Shown here: in pieces, positions 26,285 to 37,692 of the stretch | Position numbering within the stretch: position 1 is the stretch's first letter | How the letters are laid out: each line of letters starts with the position of its first letter | IMG/VR virus record: IMGVR_UViG_3300042987_002196 | Location: 1-55,939 of that record | Direction: 5' to 3' (one strand) | Origin: a virus | Lineage: Duplodnaviria > Caudoviricetes | Length of the DNA stretch: 55,939 bases | The notes under the pieces: generated by a model | The model's database searches: none | What the model saw: only the letters and a program-made list of their open reading frames with translations | Told to the model about the DNA's origin: nothing | Translations under genes and position numbers: made by a program

Positions 26285-29200
26285 GACGATCAGAGCCAGG
26301 ATCGAGGTCCTCCTCAAGGGGATGGATCAGGTCGAAAGCCTGAAGAATGCCGTTCGTCAGCTTCAGACCACCGCATCACCGGCTGCAGCCGACCTTCAGA
26401 AGCTCAAGAATGCTGCCCTGCAGCTAGGCGGCGCCGCTGACCGCAGCGAGAACGACCTGCGGCGATCAATTAACGCACTGAAGGATGTGCGTGCTCAGCT
26501 GTCCATAACGGACGCTGAGTACCGCAAGCTCACCGGCACGATCAACAAGTATCAGGCGCAGCTCGACAAGGCGACTGGCGCACAGCAGCGCGGCGGTAAA
26601 GCGCTGCAGTTCGCGCAGACCGCTGGTGCGGTCGCCGCATCGGGTGTGTTCGGCGGCCCCGAGGGCCTGATCGGCGCAGGCATCGGCGCTTTCTTCGGCC
26701 CGCAAGGAGCATTGGCTGGTGGCGCCATCGGAGCGCAAGTTTCGATCGTCCGGCAGCAGATTGCCGCGATGGCCGATCAGGCCGCTCAGTTCCAGCGCTT
26801 GCAGATCGCGCTCAAAGGCGTGACGCAGTCGTCTCGAGAGTACGAGGCGGCGATGGGCGTTATCAATAACGCCACTCGCTCATTCAACGTCACCAAGCAG
26901 GAGGCAATTCAAGGCTTCACCGGCCTTGCGGCTGCTGTTATTGGCGCCGGCGGCAAGGTCAGGGACGCAGAGCTGGTATTCAATGGCGTCTCCTCCGCTA
27001 TCCGAGCGACCGGCGGCAGCGCGGAAGACGTGCAAGGCGCACTGGTCGCCATGGCTCAGGTCTTCTCGAAAGGCAAAGCCACAGCGGAGGAAATCCAAGG
27101 TCAGCTGGGTGAACGCCTACCCGGTGCCGTAACGCTGTTCGCAGAGGCCACTGGCCGCACCGGCGCCGAACTTGCCAAGGCTTTTGAGCAGGGTACGGTC
27201 GGGCTGAACGACGTAATGAAGTTCGCCATTGCCCTTGGCGACAAGTACGCAGAGACCAACGAAAAAATTGCCTCGTCCTCTGAGGCTTCGGGCGAGCGCT
27301 TGAAGGTCGCATTTGCGACCTTGCGCGAAGAATTTGGCCGCACCTTCCAGCCGCTCGGAAGCGCGATTCAAGATATGACGGCCAGTCTGGCCGAAGCGGC
27401 TTCGCAGATGCTGTTGACCGCTCGCAATAGCGAAGAGCTGAATGCGGCGCTTGGCGAGGCAACAAAGAATTCAACTTCTGCAGCAAAGGCGCTTGAAGAG
27501 TTCAAGAAAACAGGCACAACAGGCGTCGATGGCGGCATCGGTGACGCCATACTTCAGTGGTTTAGCGGCACCACCGAACTTGAAACGCAGCTGCGAAACA
27601 CCGACACGCAACTGCAGGCAAGCATCACGCGCTTCTATGAAGCAGAGGGCGCCGTCGCCGCTCACCGAAAGGCTTTATTGGCCAGTGGCCAATCACTAGA
27701 AGAGCAAGGCAAAGCAATCAGCGCCGCCCAGGGTGCGTTGATTATTTTTGAGGGGCGCCTAAGAACCCTGGCGCTGCAGAACAAGAACAACACCAAGGAA
27801 GCCGAGTTTTACCGCGCCAAAGTCGCGGAGCTGAAAGGGGTACTTGATTCCGTCAAGGGGACCTACAAGGCCAAAATCGAAATTCAACAGATTTTCAGTG
27901 GCAATGCGCCCGGCGCTGGACCGAACGCTGGCAAAAGCATTCCTGACGGCTATCGCAAAATCGCCGGGAAGCTGGCTTATCAAGTGCCTGGCGTTGGCTG
28001 GGTTGATGCAAGAACGGGTCAGCCAATTTTCAAGTCCGGCTCCGGTGGGGACCGTGGGCAAAGCACCTTTCAGAATCCCGATAGCAAAGATGGATCTGGC
28101 GAGTCGGAAGCGAAGAAGGCTGCCGCGGCGGCCAAACGTGACGCAGATGAGCGACAGCGCACTGAAGAATCACTAGCGAAAGCACGCATTGCTCTTGATG
28201 ACGCAGTCCATCGCAATGCGATGGAACTGATCCGCAAGCGCTATGAGTACGAGCAGGAGCTGATCAACAAGCAGCGCGACAATTGGGTCAAGAGCCAGAC
28301 CGGCGCTGCGAGAACCACTGCCGGCATTGTTGCTCAGTTCTTGGGCGAGCTGGATCAGATGCAAGGCCGAATGGTTCAGGCCCAGCAGCAGCTTGCCGAT
28401 TCGACGCAGAAGCTTAAATCCACTCAAGCAATGGCAGTCACGACCGTTGGTGGTGGCGTCATGAGCGGGCCGGGCTTTTCGGCGGCCCAGCTGCAAGCTG
28501 CCGCTCAGGAGGCGAGCCGCTTTACCGGCATCGCCAACATGTGCGCCGAGTCGGTGAAGGCGTTTTACAAATCGCTCGGAATCTCCCTGCCAGGCGTCAC
28601 TGCTTGGGCCGACACCGTGCGCAAGGCCGGTCAGGTGATGACTGACTGGAGCAAACTCCAGCCAGGCGACATCGTCGCGACTGGGCGCCCTGGAGACACT
28701 CCTCACGTCGGCGTTTATACCGGTGGAGACAGCGTCTTCCATCAATCCAGAAGTCGTGGATTGGCGGTTGGCAACTATCCCGACCTTGGCTACTTCAAGA
28801 GTGGTGGCTACTTTGTTCGGCCCAGCGCTGGCGGCGGAGTCGGTGCTGCCGGACGCCGCGACATTGCGGCAGAGGGTTCTGCAAACATCGCTGAGCAGGA
28901 TCTGGCCACAGCAAATCAGTTGCTCAATCTTTACAACGAGCAATTAAGCAAACTCACGCCGGAGGCAGTCAAGGGCTTTGTGCTGAACCTCACCGACGAC
29001 CTTCGCCAGCAGAACGCTGCGCTTAAAGACAGCGCTGCAATTACCGCGTTAAGGAACCGGCTTCAGTTGGAGGGCGTTCGTCCCGAGATTATTGATAGCG
29101 AGGTCAAAAAGGCTGAGGCAGTTCAGCAGAACAGCCAGAGCCTCGCGACTTTGCAGACCTTGCTGGACGCGGCGAAAGCAAAGCTACAAGAGCTTGAGGC

Positions 29201-30089
29201 GGCAAACAAAGGCAACACGCAAGAAGCGATCAACGCCAAGACGCAGGTAGACGCCTACAGCCAAGGTATCGCCGCGCTGAATCCTCAGCTTGAAGAATTC
29301 AAGAATCGCACCGACGCAGCCACTGCGGCTCAAATCGCGTTCAGCGACGCCATGCGTTTCCGCCAAGACATGAACATCGGCGCCGGCATCCGCGAGGGTG
29401 CCCAGCAGTACGTCGACTCGATCGGCACAATGCGCGAGGCCACAGCCCAGCTGGCGCAGACCGGCATCAAGGGTGTCGAGGATGCTCTGGTGAGCCTGGT
29501 GACCACCGGCACTGCCAACTTCCGCGAGTTCGCGGCTTCGATCCTCAAGGACACGGCGCGGATGATCATTCAGCAGCTCGTCCTGCGCACGATTATGCAG
29601 GTGATCGGGGCGATTGGGGGTGGTGTTGGCGGTGGCGGGTTTAGCGGCTTCTCGGGCGCTGGCCCGGTGTCTGGCGCGTCGGTGTTCAGCAGTGGGCAGG
29701 CCGGGTTTAATCCGGGAGCCTTTTCCATGCCCAGCCTGCTTTCGGCCCAGGGCAACGTTTTCGACACCAAAGGCGTCGTGCCTTACGCAATGGGCGGCAT
29801 CGTCACCCGCCCCACCCTCTTCAAGTTCGCTAACGGCGGCTACATGAACACCGGCCTGATGGGCGAAGCCGGCCCCGAGGCGATCATCCCGCTGCGCCGT
29901 GGTCGTGATGGCAAGCTGGGCGTGGCTGGCGGCGGTGGCGCCACGAATGTGACCGTGAACGTGGACGCCAAAGGCACCAGTGTGCAGGGCAACAGCGGTC
30001 AGGGCGAGCAACTGGGTCGTGCAATCTCGCAGGCGGTGCAGGCAGAATTGGTCAGACAGAAACGGCCTGGCGGCCTGCTGGCGGCATAA
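26274..30089 (+). CDS. Tape measure protein with internal NlpC/P60-like domain
   Basis: QVFSKGK..AEEIQGQLGERLPG; CAESV..GDIV..HVGVY; lambda-H-like C-terminus MGEAGPEAI. Confidence 0.95.
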   Translation: MANETIRARIEVLLKGMDQVESLKNAVRQLQTTASPAAADLQKLKNAALQLGGAADRSENDLRRSINALKDVRAQLSITDAEYRKLTGTINKYQAQLDKATGAQQRGGKALQFAQTAGAVAASGVFGGPEGLIGAGIGAFFGPQGALAGGAIGAQVSIVRQQIAAMADQAAQFQRLQIALKGVTQSSREYEAAMGVINNATRSFNVTKQEAIQGFTGLAAAVIGAGGKVRDAELVFNGVSSAIRATGGSAEDVQGALVAMAQVFSKGKATAEEIQGQLGERLPGAVTLFAEATGRTGAELAKAFEQGTVGLNDVMKFAIALGDKYAETNEKIASSSEASGERLKVAFATLREEFGRTFQPLGSAIQDMTASLAEAASQMLLTARNSEELNAALGEATKNSTSAAKALEEFKKTGTTGVDGGIGDAILQWFSGTTELETQLRNTDTQLQASITRFYEAEGAVAAHRKALLASGQSLEEQGKAISAAQGALIIFEGRLRTLALQNKNNTKEAEFYRAKVAELKGVLDSVKGTYKAKIEIQQIFSGNAPGAGPNAGKSIPDGYRKIAGKLAYQVPGVGWVDARTGQPIFKSGSGGDRGQSTFQNPDSKDGSGESEAKKAAAAAKRDADERQRTEESLAKARIALDDAVHRNAMELIRKRYEYEQELINKQRDNWVKSQTGAARTTAGIVAQFLGELDQMQGRMVQAQQQLADSTQKLKSTQAMAVTTVGGGVMSGPGFSAAQLQAAAQEASRFTGIANMCAESVKAFYKSLGISLPGVTAWADTVRKAGQVMTDWSKLQPGDIVATGRPGDTPHVGVYTGGDSVFHQSRSRGLAVGNYPDLGYFKSGGYFVRPSAGGGVGAAGRRDIAAEGSANIAEQDLATANQLLNLYNEQLSKLTPEAVKGFVLNLTDDLRQQNAALKDSAAITALRNRLQLEGVRPEIIDSEVKKAEAVQQNSQSLATLQTLLDAAKAKLQELEAANKGNTQEAINAKTQVDAYSQGIAALNPQLEEFKNRTDAATAAQIAFSDAMRFRQDMNIGAGIREGAQQYVDSIGTMREATAQLAQTGIKGVEDALVSLVTTGTANFREFAASILKDTARMIIQQLVLRTIMQVIGAIGGGVGGGGFSGFSGAGPVSGASVFSSGQAGFNPGAFSMPSLLSAQGNVFDTKGVVPYAMGGIVTRPTLFKFANGGYMNTGLMGEAGPEAIIPLRRGRDGKLGVAGGGGATNVTVNVDAKGTSVQGNSGQGEQLGRAISQAVQAELVRQKRPGGLLAA

Positions 30090-30091
30090 TC

Positions 30092-30427
30092 ATGGCAAGC
30101 TTCACCTACGTCCCAAGCTTTGAGGCAACCGAGAGCAGCCAGCCTCGGGTACGGAAGTTTCAGGCTGGGGACGGGTATGAGCAGCGCGTGCGGTTTGGCC
30201 TTCACACCGATCCAAAGGAGTGGAGTCTGACGTTCGCAAACCGCACCGACACCGAGCGCGACGACATCCTGGTGTTCCTAGAAGCACGCGGCGGCGTGGA
30301 GTCATTCGACTGGATACCGCCACGCGGTACCGCTGGCAAGTACGTTTGCGAGAAGTGGCAGACCACGCTGAGCAACTGCAACAACAACCAGATTCAGGCC
30401 ACCTTCCGTGAGGTGTTTGAGCCCTAA
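30092..30427 (+). CDS. Minor tail protein M
   Basis: GDGYEQR, FLEARGGVESFDWIPP, ATFREVFEP. Confidence 0.92.
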   Translation: MASFTYVPSFEATESSQPRVRKFQAGDGYEQRVRFGLHTDPKEWSLTFANRTDTERDDILVFLEARGGVESFDWIPPRGTAGKYVCEKWQTTLSNCNNNQIQATFREVFEP

Positions 30428-31899
30428 TGGCAGTCCCATTCTCCGATCTACAAGCCATTGCACCCAGCTCTGTGATCGAGCTGTTTGTACTGGAGCTGAA
30501 CGTCAAGCAGCACGGCGTAGCGGATGTCTACCGCTTTCACGCTGGCAGCAACCTGAACGCCAACGGCGAACTGGTCTGGGCTGGCAATAGTTATCTTCGG
30601 TTTCCAGTTGAAGCAGATGGCTTCGAGTACAGCGGCAACGGTCAGCTGCCGCGTCCGAAGATTCGCGTCGCCAACCTGCTCAGCACGATCACAGCAGTTC
30701 TCCTGACGCTGCCTGATGGATTGGAAGGTGCGAAGGTTACGCGCATCCGCACGCTGGCACGGTATCTCGACGCCGCCAACTTCCCTGGAGCGGTGAACCC
30801 GTATGGCACACCGGATCCGACCGCAGAGTTTCCACGCGAGGTCTATTACATCGACCGCAAGACGACTGAGAACCGTGATGTAGTGGAGTTCGAGCTGGCA
30901 GCAGCATTTGACTTGGCTGGTGTCCGCGCTCCAAAGCGTCAGTGTATCGCCAACGTCTGTCAGTGGGAATACAGATCAGCAGAATGTGGATATAGCGCGG
31001 CGGTTTACTACACGACTGATGACAAGCTGATCCGCACTGGTAGTGGCGCCCCATCGGCGGGAACCGGAACAGATGGGCAGTATTACTACGACACCACAAA
31101 CAATCTGTACTACGGACCGAAGACTGCTGGTGCATGGGGAACTGGCGTGAGCAAAAGCGGCATTGCTGCTGTTGATTTCTGCGGCAAGCGTTTGAGCAGC
31201 TGCAAGCTGCGGTTTGGCGCTCTCGTAAAGACTGGCACTATCACATCGGGCAGCACCACGTTAACTTTGAACAATACTGATGGGATTATCGCTGGTTTTC
31301 CTATTACCGGCCCTGGCATCCCTTCGGGCGCAACTGTTTCTAGCGTTTCAAGTGCAACGGTCGTTGTGATGAGCGCTGCTGCAACAGCGACCACCTCTCT
31401 ATCGAAAACAGGCACTGCCTCTGCGACAGCCCGTTCGATGACCGTCACCAGCGCAGCGGGATTGATTGCTGGCATGACCGTCACTGGCCTTTACATGCCA
31501 GCGAATACCACTATTGCCTCGATCTCTGGCACGACATTGACGCTCAATCAGCGGCCTTATCAGTACAAGAGGACAGCATGGACGTTGCCTGGACTTGTGC
31601 TACAGCTCACTGACGTAACTGGCCTTAGCGTTGGAATGCGAGTTCGCGGCGCTAACGGAATCAATACTACCATTGCTAGTAAAGACGCATCGCTAAATCG
31701 GATCACGCTCACGAACACGTCGGGATTGACTTTCAGCGGTTTCGCGCAACCAGATAAAATCACCCTCTATTTTATGCCAGCCTCCCCCGGCTCATCCACT
31801 TACACAATTCAAATAGCTACTCCGAACTATTCCTTCCGCAGCAATAACGAGTTACTTCCGTTTGGCTCTTTTCCTGGCGTTGGGAGCTATTACCAATGA
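30427..31899 (+). CDS. Minor tail protein L with large Thr/Ser-rich insertions
   Basis: [33 protein letters not shown]. Confidence 0.9.
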   Translation: MAVPFSDLQAIAPSSVIELFVLELNVKQHGVADVYRFHAGSNLNANGELVWAGNSYLRFPVEADGFEYSGNGQLPRPKIRVANLLSTITAVLLTLPDGLEGAKVTRIRTLARYLDAANFPGAVNPYGTPDPTAEFPREVYYIDRKTTENRDVVEFELAAAFDLAGVRAPKRQCIANVCQWEYRSAECGYSAAVYYTTDDKLIRTGSGAPSAGTGTDGQYYYDTTNNLYYGPKTAGAWGTGVSKSGIAAVDFCGKRLSSCKLRFGALVKTGTITSGSTTLTLNNTDGIIAGFPITGPGIPSGATVSSVSSATVVVMSAAATATTSLSKTGTASATARSMTVTSAAGLIAGMTVTGLYMPANTTIASISGTTLTLNQRPYQYKRTAWTLPGLVLQLTDVTGLSVGMRVRGANGINTTIASKDASLNRITLTNTSGLTFSGFAQPDKITLYFMPASPGSSTYTIQIATPNYSFRSNNELLPFGSFPGVGSYYQ

Positions 31900-32618
31900 G
31901 TTGGCGTGATGCTGCACTAGAGCACGCCAAGGCCGAGGATCCGCGTGAGTCTTGCGGTTTGGTCGTGGTAGTCAAAGGGCGCGAGCGTTACTGGCCCTGC
32001 CGCAACCTATGCTCTGGCATCGACCAATTCATTCTTAATCCAGACGACTACGCAGCTGCAGAGGACGCTGGCGAGATAGCGGCTGTGGTTCATAGCCATC
32101 CGATCACGCCACCTGAGCCGAGCCAGGCCGACCTTGTGGCGATCGAGCGCGGCGACCTGCCTTGGTTCATCGTTAACCCCAAGACCGATCAGTGGAGCGC
32201 CGAGCTGCTGCCAACCGGTTACAAGGCGCCGCTGATCGGGCGGCAATGGGCATGGGGCCTAACGGACTGCTGGACGCTGGCGCGTGACTGGTACGGCGAG
32301 CACGGTTTGCTGCTGCGCGACTGGGAACGGCCTCTGACGCCGGAGCAATTCGAGGCGGAGCCGATGTTCGACGGCTGCTGGCGCGAAGCTGGTTTCCGAG
32401 AGCTGGAGGAAGATGAGCAGCTGGAGCCCGGCGACTTCATGCTGATGAACATCAGCGGCACCGGGCTCAACCACTGCGGCGTCTACCTGGGCGACCAGCT
32501 GCTGTTGCATCACGTCAGGGGCAGGCTGAGCAGCCGTGATCTCTACGGCGGTTGGCTGATGAAATGCACAGGGCGCAGGCTCCGCCACCCTGAGCTGCCT
32601 ACAATGGCGGGAGGTTAG
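31896..32618 (+). CDS. Tail assembly protein K (JAB plus NlpC/P60)
   Basis: ESCG, HSHP...[19 protein letters not shown]. Confidence 0.93.
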   Translation: MSWRDAALEHAKAEDPRESCGLVVVVKGRERYWPCRNLCSGIDQFILNPDDYAAAEDAGEIAAVVHSHPITPPEPSQADLVAIERGDLPWFIVNPKTDQWSAELLPTGYKAPLIGRQWAWGLTDCWTLARDWYGEHGLLLRDWERPLTPEQFEAEPMFDGCWREAGFRELEEDEQLEPGDFMLMNISGTGLNHCGVYLGDQLLLHHVRGRLSSRDLYGGWLMKCTGRRLRHPELPTMAGG

Positions 32619-32626
32619 AGCGGGCC

Positions 32627-33226
32627 ATGCTGCGGAAGATCCGGCTCTATGGAAGGCTTGCCAAGTTCATCGGCAGGCGCGTGCTTGAAGCCGATGTGGC
32701 AACCGCTGCTGAGGCTGTGCGGTTTCTGCTGACGAACTGGCCGGAGCTGGAGAAGCACATGGCGGATCAGCACTATCGCGTGAGCGTCGGTGACTACGAC
32801 CTGAGCGCAGACGAGCTGCATCATCCTGCAGGACAGCAGGAGATCAAGATTGTGCCGGTGGTTGCTGGCGCTGGTGCTACGGCGCGGATTATCGCTGGTG
32901 TAGCACTGTTTGCGATTGCAACTTTGGCCACAGCAGGAGGTGGGGCTATCTTCGGCGCAGCATTCGCCAAGAACATTGGCTTGCTAACTGTCCTGCAAGG
33001 CGTGGGTGTTAGTTTGGCGCTCGGCGGCGTGGCTCAACTGCTCACGCCTGTCCCCACAATGCCCTCCGGCAGCGATTCAATCAAGGATCCTCGAAAGTCC
33101 TACAGTTTTAGCGGCGTGCAAAACACCAGCCGCCAAGGTGTTCCGGTCCCGATTGTCTACGGCGAGATGATAGTGGGTTCGATTGTGATTTCCGCTGGCA
33201 TTGACACTGTTCGGGTGAAGGCATGA
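32627..33226 (+). CDS. Tail assembly protein I
   Basis: IRLYGRL, SYSFSG..NTSRQGVPVPIVYGE. Confidence 0.93.
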   Translation: MLRKIRLYGRLAKFIGRRVLEADVATAAEAVRFLLTNWPELEKHMADQHYRVSVGDYDLSADELHHPAGQQEIKIVPVVAGAGATARIIAGVALFAIATLATAGGGAIFGAAFAKNIGLLTVLQGVGVSLALGGVAQLLTPVPTMPSGSDSIKDPRKSYSFSGVQNTSRQGVPVPIVYGEMIVGSIVISAGIDTVRVKA

Positions 33227-36200
33227 CATTACTAATTGGCAGCGGCGGCGGCGGCGGCAAAGGTAGCGGCGGTGGCGGCGGCGGCACGCCTGATGAGGCT
33301 CAGGACAACCTCGAATCGACGCAATACGCAGAGGGCATAGATCTCATCAGCGAAGGAGAAATCCAGGGCCTTGTGGATGGCGATAAATCTATCTACCTCA
33401 ACAATACGCCGATTCGCAGCATTGGCGGCACACTTAACTTCAAAAACGTACAATGGGGCGTTGCAACCGGCTATCAGAACCAACCGCAGCTGAGACTGGC
33501 AAACACTGTCGAGGACATTAGGTCAGTCGATGTCGCTGTCGAAAAGGACGAGCCCATTATTAGAACTATTACTGATACCAACGTCACTGCGGTTAAAGTC
33601 ACGATTGGAGTCCCAGCTCTTCAAAGAGTCACGGACGATGGTGACATCGTTGGCGAAAGCGTTCGCTTTTGGATTCAAGCGCAGTACAACGGTGGAGGCT
33701 ATGCAACCACCGGTAGCGGCTTTATAGATGCCACGATTACAGGACGCACTCCAGACCTCTTTCAGCGTGACTACCAGCTAGCCCTGAATGGCGCTTTCCC
33801 CGTAGACATCAAAGTCACCAGAATCACACCTGATAGCACCAGCGCCAAGAAAGCAAACAGCATCACTTGGACTTCATACACGGAAATCATCAACGCAAAA
33901 CTAAACTATCCAAACAGTGCCATAGTAGCATTGCGGGCAGATGCAAAGCAATTCAGTAGCATCCCACAGCGCAGTTACCATATAAGAGGTATTAAAGTAC
34001 GCATCCCAAGCAACGCCACTGTTGACGCCACTACTGGGCGGTTGATCTATAGCGGGGTCTGGAATGGAACGTTTGCTGCAGCGCAATGGTGCAGCGACCC
34101 AGCTTGGATCCTGTGGGATTTGCTGACCTCAACGCGCTACGGTTTTGGGGACCACATTCTTACTGACGCCGAAAAAGCATCGTTTAACGGCAACGCTGCA
34201 AACCTAGACAAGTGGGCCTTCTACGCAGCCAGCCAGTACGCCTCAGAGCTGGTGCCTGATGGCTTTGGCGGCACGGAGCCTCGCTTCAGCTGCAACGTCA
34301 ACATCCAGACGCAGGAAGAAGCTTACAAGCTGATCAACGACATGTGCTCGGTGTTCCGCGCCATGCCGTACTGGAGCACTGGTGCGCTCACCGTTAGCCA
34401 AGACAAGCCATCTGATCCGGCTTACCTGTTCACGCTTGCCAACGTAACGGAGGAAGGCTTCAGCTATTCAGGCTCAAGCAAAAAGACTCGGCCAACAGTT
34501 GCGGTAGTCAGCTACTTTGACATGGCCACCCGCGACATGGCCTACGAGTCGGTCGAGGACGCAGACGGCATTGACAAGTACGGCGTCGTCAAAACCGAGG
34601 TCTCAGCATTCGCCTGCACATCTCGTGGCCAGGCCAGCCGCATCGGTGAGTGGCTCCTCTTTTCAGAACGCTACGAGTCTGAGGTAGTCAGTTTCACCGC
34701 TTCGATCGACGCAGGCGTCTTGGTGCGCCCTGGACAGATCATTCAGATCAGCGATCCGGTACGAGCTGGCTCTCGTCGTGGTGGTCGCATTACGTCCGCC
34801 ACGACAACTGCTGTGACCGTCGATGATGCCACTGGGCTTCCGACATCAGGCGGCACGCTCTCAGTCATCCTAAGCAACGGCTCAATACAGAAAACTGTGA
34901 TGACAAGCCGGACTGGCAATGTCATCACGGTCAGCACGCCTTTCACAACAGCGCCGAATAGTAACAGCGTTTGGATCTACGAAAACAGCACCCTGCAGAC
35001 AAGTACCTGGCGCGTTCTCAGCGTTCAGGAGCAGGATCAAGCGCAATACGCCATTTCGGCGCTTGCTTACAACTCAAGCAAATATAACTACATCGAACGC
35101 GGCGCTCCCCTTGAACCTCGTGACGTAACAGACCTTAACCAAATACCAGCTGCCCCAAGTAATCTTGCGTTTGCGGAAGCTCTCTATGAGTACCAAGGGC
35201 AGGTCAGGGCCAAGGTAATTACCTCTTGGCAGCCGGTCAATGGTGTCGCGCAGTATCGCGTCCGCTGGCGCAAGGATGAAGGGAACTGGACGACTGAGAC
35301 CGTAACCGGGCCTGACTACGAGATTTACGACATCACGCCTGGCACATTTGACTTTGAAGTCTATTCGCTCAGTGCCACCTTCAAGCAATCCGCCACCTCG
35401 CTGACCGGCAGCATTGCGGCATTAGGTAAGACAGCGCCGCCTAGTGATGTCACGAACCTTAACTACACGGCAGACAAGGATCTCGGCATCCTGCTGACAT
35501 GGACTTCAATCACGGACATCGACGTTGACCAATATGAGATCCGCCGTGGCACCAACTGGGGCACCGCCACGCTGGTGACACAGGTCAAGGCATCAACCTA
35601 CAAGTTGGGTTCACTGGATGACGGCACATACACCTATCTGGTGAAGGCAATCGACACCTCGGGCGTCTACAGCGCTAACGCCGCAAGCATTGCCGTCAGC
35701 GTCTCACCTCCTAATCCGGCGATCATCAGCAGCACAATCGAGGGCACTGATCTGGTGCTGAGCTGGACCACGCCAGTCGTAACCACCTATCAGATCGCTA
35801 ACTGCCGGGTTTCCTACGGCGGCACCTACGCCACATCTACAGAGTTAGCAGTCACGCAGAGCACCAGCTTCAAGGTGCCGATCACTTGGGCTGGTGCTCG
35901 CACCTTCTGGGTTGCCCCGATCGACTTAGTGGGCAAGGTCCCGGCATCGCCCGACAGCGAAGTCGTCACCATCAACACTGCAGGTGCTACGACAATCACC
36001 ACCACAGTCGGCGGCACCGACGCCACGCTCAGCTGGACTGCAGTAGCGGGCACCCTGCCCACCTCGGGCTATGAGATCCGGCAAGGCGTGACCTTCGCCA
36101 CGGCGACGGTGCTAGCCAACATCACCGGCACCACCTACACGCTGAGAGCCAGCTGGTCGGGCTCGCAGACCTTCTGGGTGGTGGCGCGTGATGTGAACGG

Positions 36201-37692
36201 CAACTACGGCACTCAGGCATCTGCGGTGATCTCCGTTTTGGCGGCTGGAGCACCTGCTCTGTCGTCAAGCTTTGCTGGCCAGAACGTTGTTTTGAGTTGG
36301 GCTGCTATCAAGGGCACCCTCGATACCGACTATTACCGGCTGAAGCGCGGCGCAACATGGGGTGCTGCGACAACGGTTGCCACTATCAATGGCACCGCCT
36401 ACACGCTGAAGGCCGACTGGAGCGGCACGCAGAAGTTCTGGCTGGCAGCGGTGGATGTCAACGGCACCGAAGGCACGCCGGACGATACCGATGTGATCGT
36501 GACCGTACCGTCAGCGCCGACCATCACGCAGCAGGTGATCGACAACAACGTCCTACTGCGCTGGAACGATGTCACGCAGACCCTGCCGATCTTGAGCTAC
36601 GAGCTGCGCAAGGGCGCAAGCTGGGCCGGCGGCACGGTGATCGGCACCAAGCAGGGCGGCTTCACCACGGTTTTCGAGACGCAATCCGGCACCTACACCT
36701 ACTGGCTGGCCGGTATCGACTCAGCTGGCAACTACGGCACGCCTGGCAGCGTCAGCGCGATCGTCAACCAGCCGCCGGACTATGTGCTGCAGCTCAACCA
36801 GAACAGCACCTGGGCTGGAGCCGAGACCAACATCTACACCGACTCGGTGCTTGGCCAGATCGTCAACGTCAACACAACCGAGACCTGGGAGGGTCACTTC
36901 ACCAGCCGCGGCTACACCAGCCCGCAGGACCAGATCAACGCTGGCTTCACCTACTACCTGATGCCGTCCACCACGACGGCCGCCTACGAGGAAGAGTTTG
37001 ATTACGGTACAGTGCTGGCTGGCACCAAGGTGAGCGCCACGCTGACCAGCAGCACCGTTGCCGGCTCGACCACCATCACGCCGACCATCCGCGTACGCGG
37101 CACCACCAGCACAGCTGCCACCTACTCGCAGACCACCACGACCATCACGGTCACCTCAACGGCGCACGGTCTGGTGGCGGGCGATTATGTCTACCTAGAC
37201 TTCACCAGCGGCACCGCAGTCGATGGCACCTACGAGGTGGCGACCGCTGCGACCAACAGCTTCACGGTCACGGCTGCCAGCGCCACGACCAGCGGCAACG
37301 TTAACTGGATCAAGTGGACCAGCTACGCCGGCCTGAGCGAGGTGTTCTCGACGCAGTTCCGCTACTTCCGCATCCGCTACGACTTCACCAGCTCAGGCAA
37401 CAACGACCTGCTCCTGCTGACCGCCCTGAACGTCCGGTTGGATTCCAAGCTCAGGAATGACGCCGGCACCGGAACCGCAAATAGTGGTGACAGCGGCGGG
37501 ACGACCGTGAACTTCAACGTGGCTTTCGTGGATGTGCAGAGCATCACGGTCACGCCGACCTCTACCACTGGCGTGATAGCGGTCTATGATTTCGTTGACG
37601 CGCCAAACCCCACGAGCTTCAAGGTGCTCCTCTTCAATACCTCAGGCACACGGGTGAGCGGCGGCTTTAGCTGGAGCGCGAGGGGGGTCTAA
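33223..37692 (+). CDS. Tail tip/host specificity protein J with FN3-like repeats
   Basis: DLISEGEIQGL, DPAWILWD, EPRFSCN, ACTSRGQA. Confidence 0.95.
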   Translation: MTLLIGSGGGGGKGSGGGGGGTPDEAQDNLESTQYAEGIDLISEGEIQGLVDGDKSIYLNNTPIRSIGGTLNFKNVQWGVATGYQNQPQLRLANTVEDIRSVDVAVEKDEPIIRTITDTNVTAVKVTIGVPALQRVTDDGDIVGESVRFWIQAQYNGGGYATTGSGFIDATITGRTPDLFQRDYQLALNGAFPVDIKVTRITPDSTSAKKANSITWTSYTEIINAKLNYPNSAIVALRADAKQFSSIPQRSYHIRGIKVRIPSNATVDATTGRLIYSGVWNGTFAAAQWCSDPAWILWDLLTSTRYGFGDHILTDAEKASFNGNAANLDKWAFYAASQYASELVPDGFGGTEPRFSCNVNIQTQEEAYKLINDMCSVFRAMPYWSTGALTVSQDKPSDPAYLFTLANVTEEGFSYSGSSKKTRPTVAVVSYFDMATRDMAYESVEDADGIDKYGVVKTEVSAFACTSRGQASRIGEWLLFSERYESEVVSFTASIDAGVLVRPGQIIQISDPVRAGSRRGGRITSATTTAVTVDDATGLPTSGGTLSVILSNGSIQKTVMTSRTGNVITVSTPFTTAPNSNSVWIYENSTLQTSTWRVLSVQEQDQAQYAISALAYNSSKYNYIERGAPLEPRDVTDLNQIPAAPSNLAFAEALYEYQGQVRAKVITSWQPVNGVAQYRVRWRKDEGNWTTETVTGPDYEIYDITPGTFDFEVYSLSATFKQSATSLTGSIAALGKTAPPSDVTNLNYTADKDLGILLTWTSITDIDVDQYEIRRGTNWGTATLVTQVKASTYKLGSLDDGTYTYLVKAIDTSGVYSANAASIAVSVSPPNPAIISSTIEGTDLVLSWTTPVVTTYQIANCRVSYGGTYATSTELAVTQSTSFKVPITWAGARTFWVAPIDLVGKVPASPDSEVVTINTAGATTITTTVGGTDATLSWTAVAGTLPTSGYEIRQGVTFATATVLANITGTTYTLRASWSGSQTFWVVARDVNGNYGTQASAVISVLAAGAPALSSSFAGQNVVLSWAAIKGTLDTDYYRLKRGATWGAATTVATINGTAYTLKADWSGTQKFWLAAVDVNGTEGTPDDTDVIVTVPSAPTITQQVIDNNVLLRWNDVTQTLPILSYELRKGASWAGGTVIGTKQGGFTTVFETQSGTYTYWLAGIDSAGNYGTPGSVSAIVNQPPDYVLQLNQNSTWAGAETNIYTDSVLGQIVNVNTTETWEGHFTSRGYTSPQDQINAGFTYYLMPSTTTAAYEEEFDYGTVLAGTKVSATLTSSTVAGSTTITPTIRVRGTTSTAATYSQTTTTITVTSTAHGLVAGDYVYLDFTSGTAVDGTYEVATAATNSFTVTAASATTSGNVNWIKWTSYAGLSEVFSTQFRYFRIRYDFTSSGNNDLLLLTALNVRLDSKLRNDAGTGTANSGDSGGTTVNFNVAFVDVQSITVTPTSTTGVIAVYDFVDAPNPTSFKVLLFNTSGTRVSGGFSWSARGV

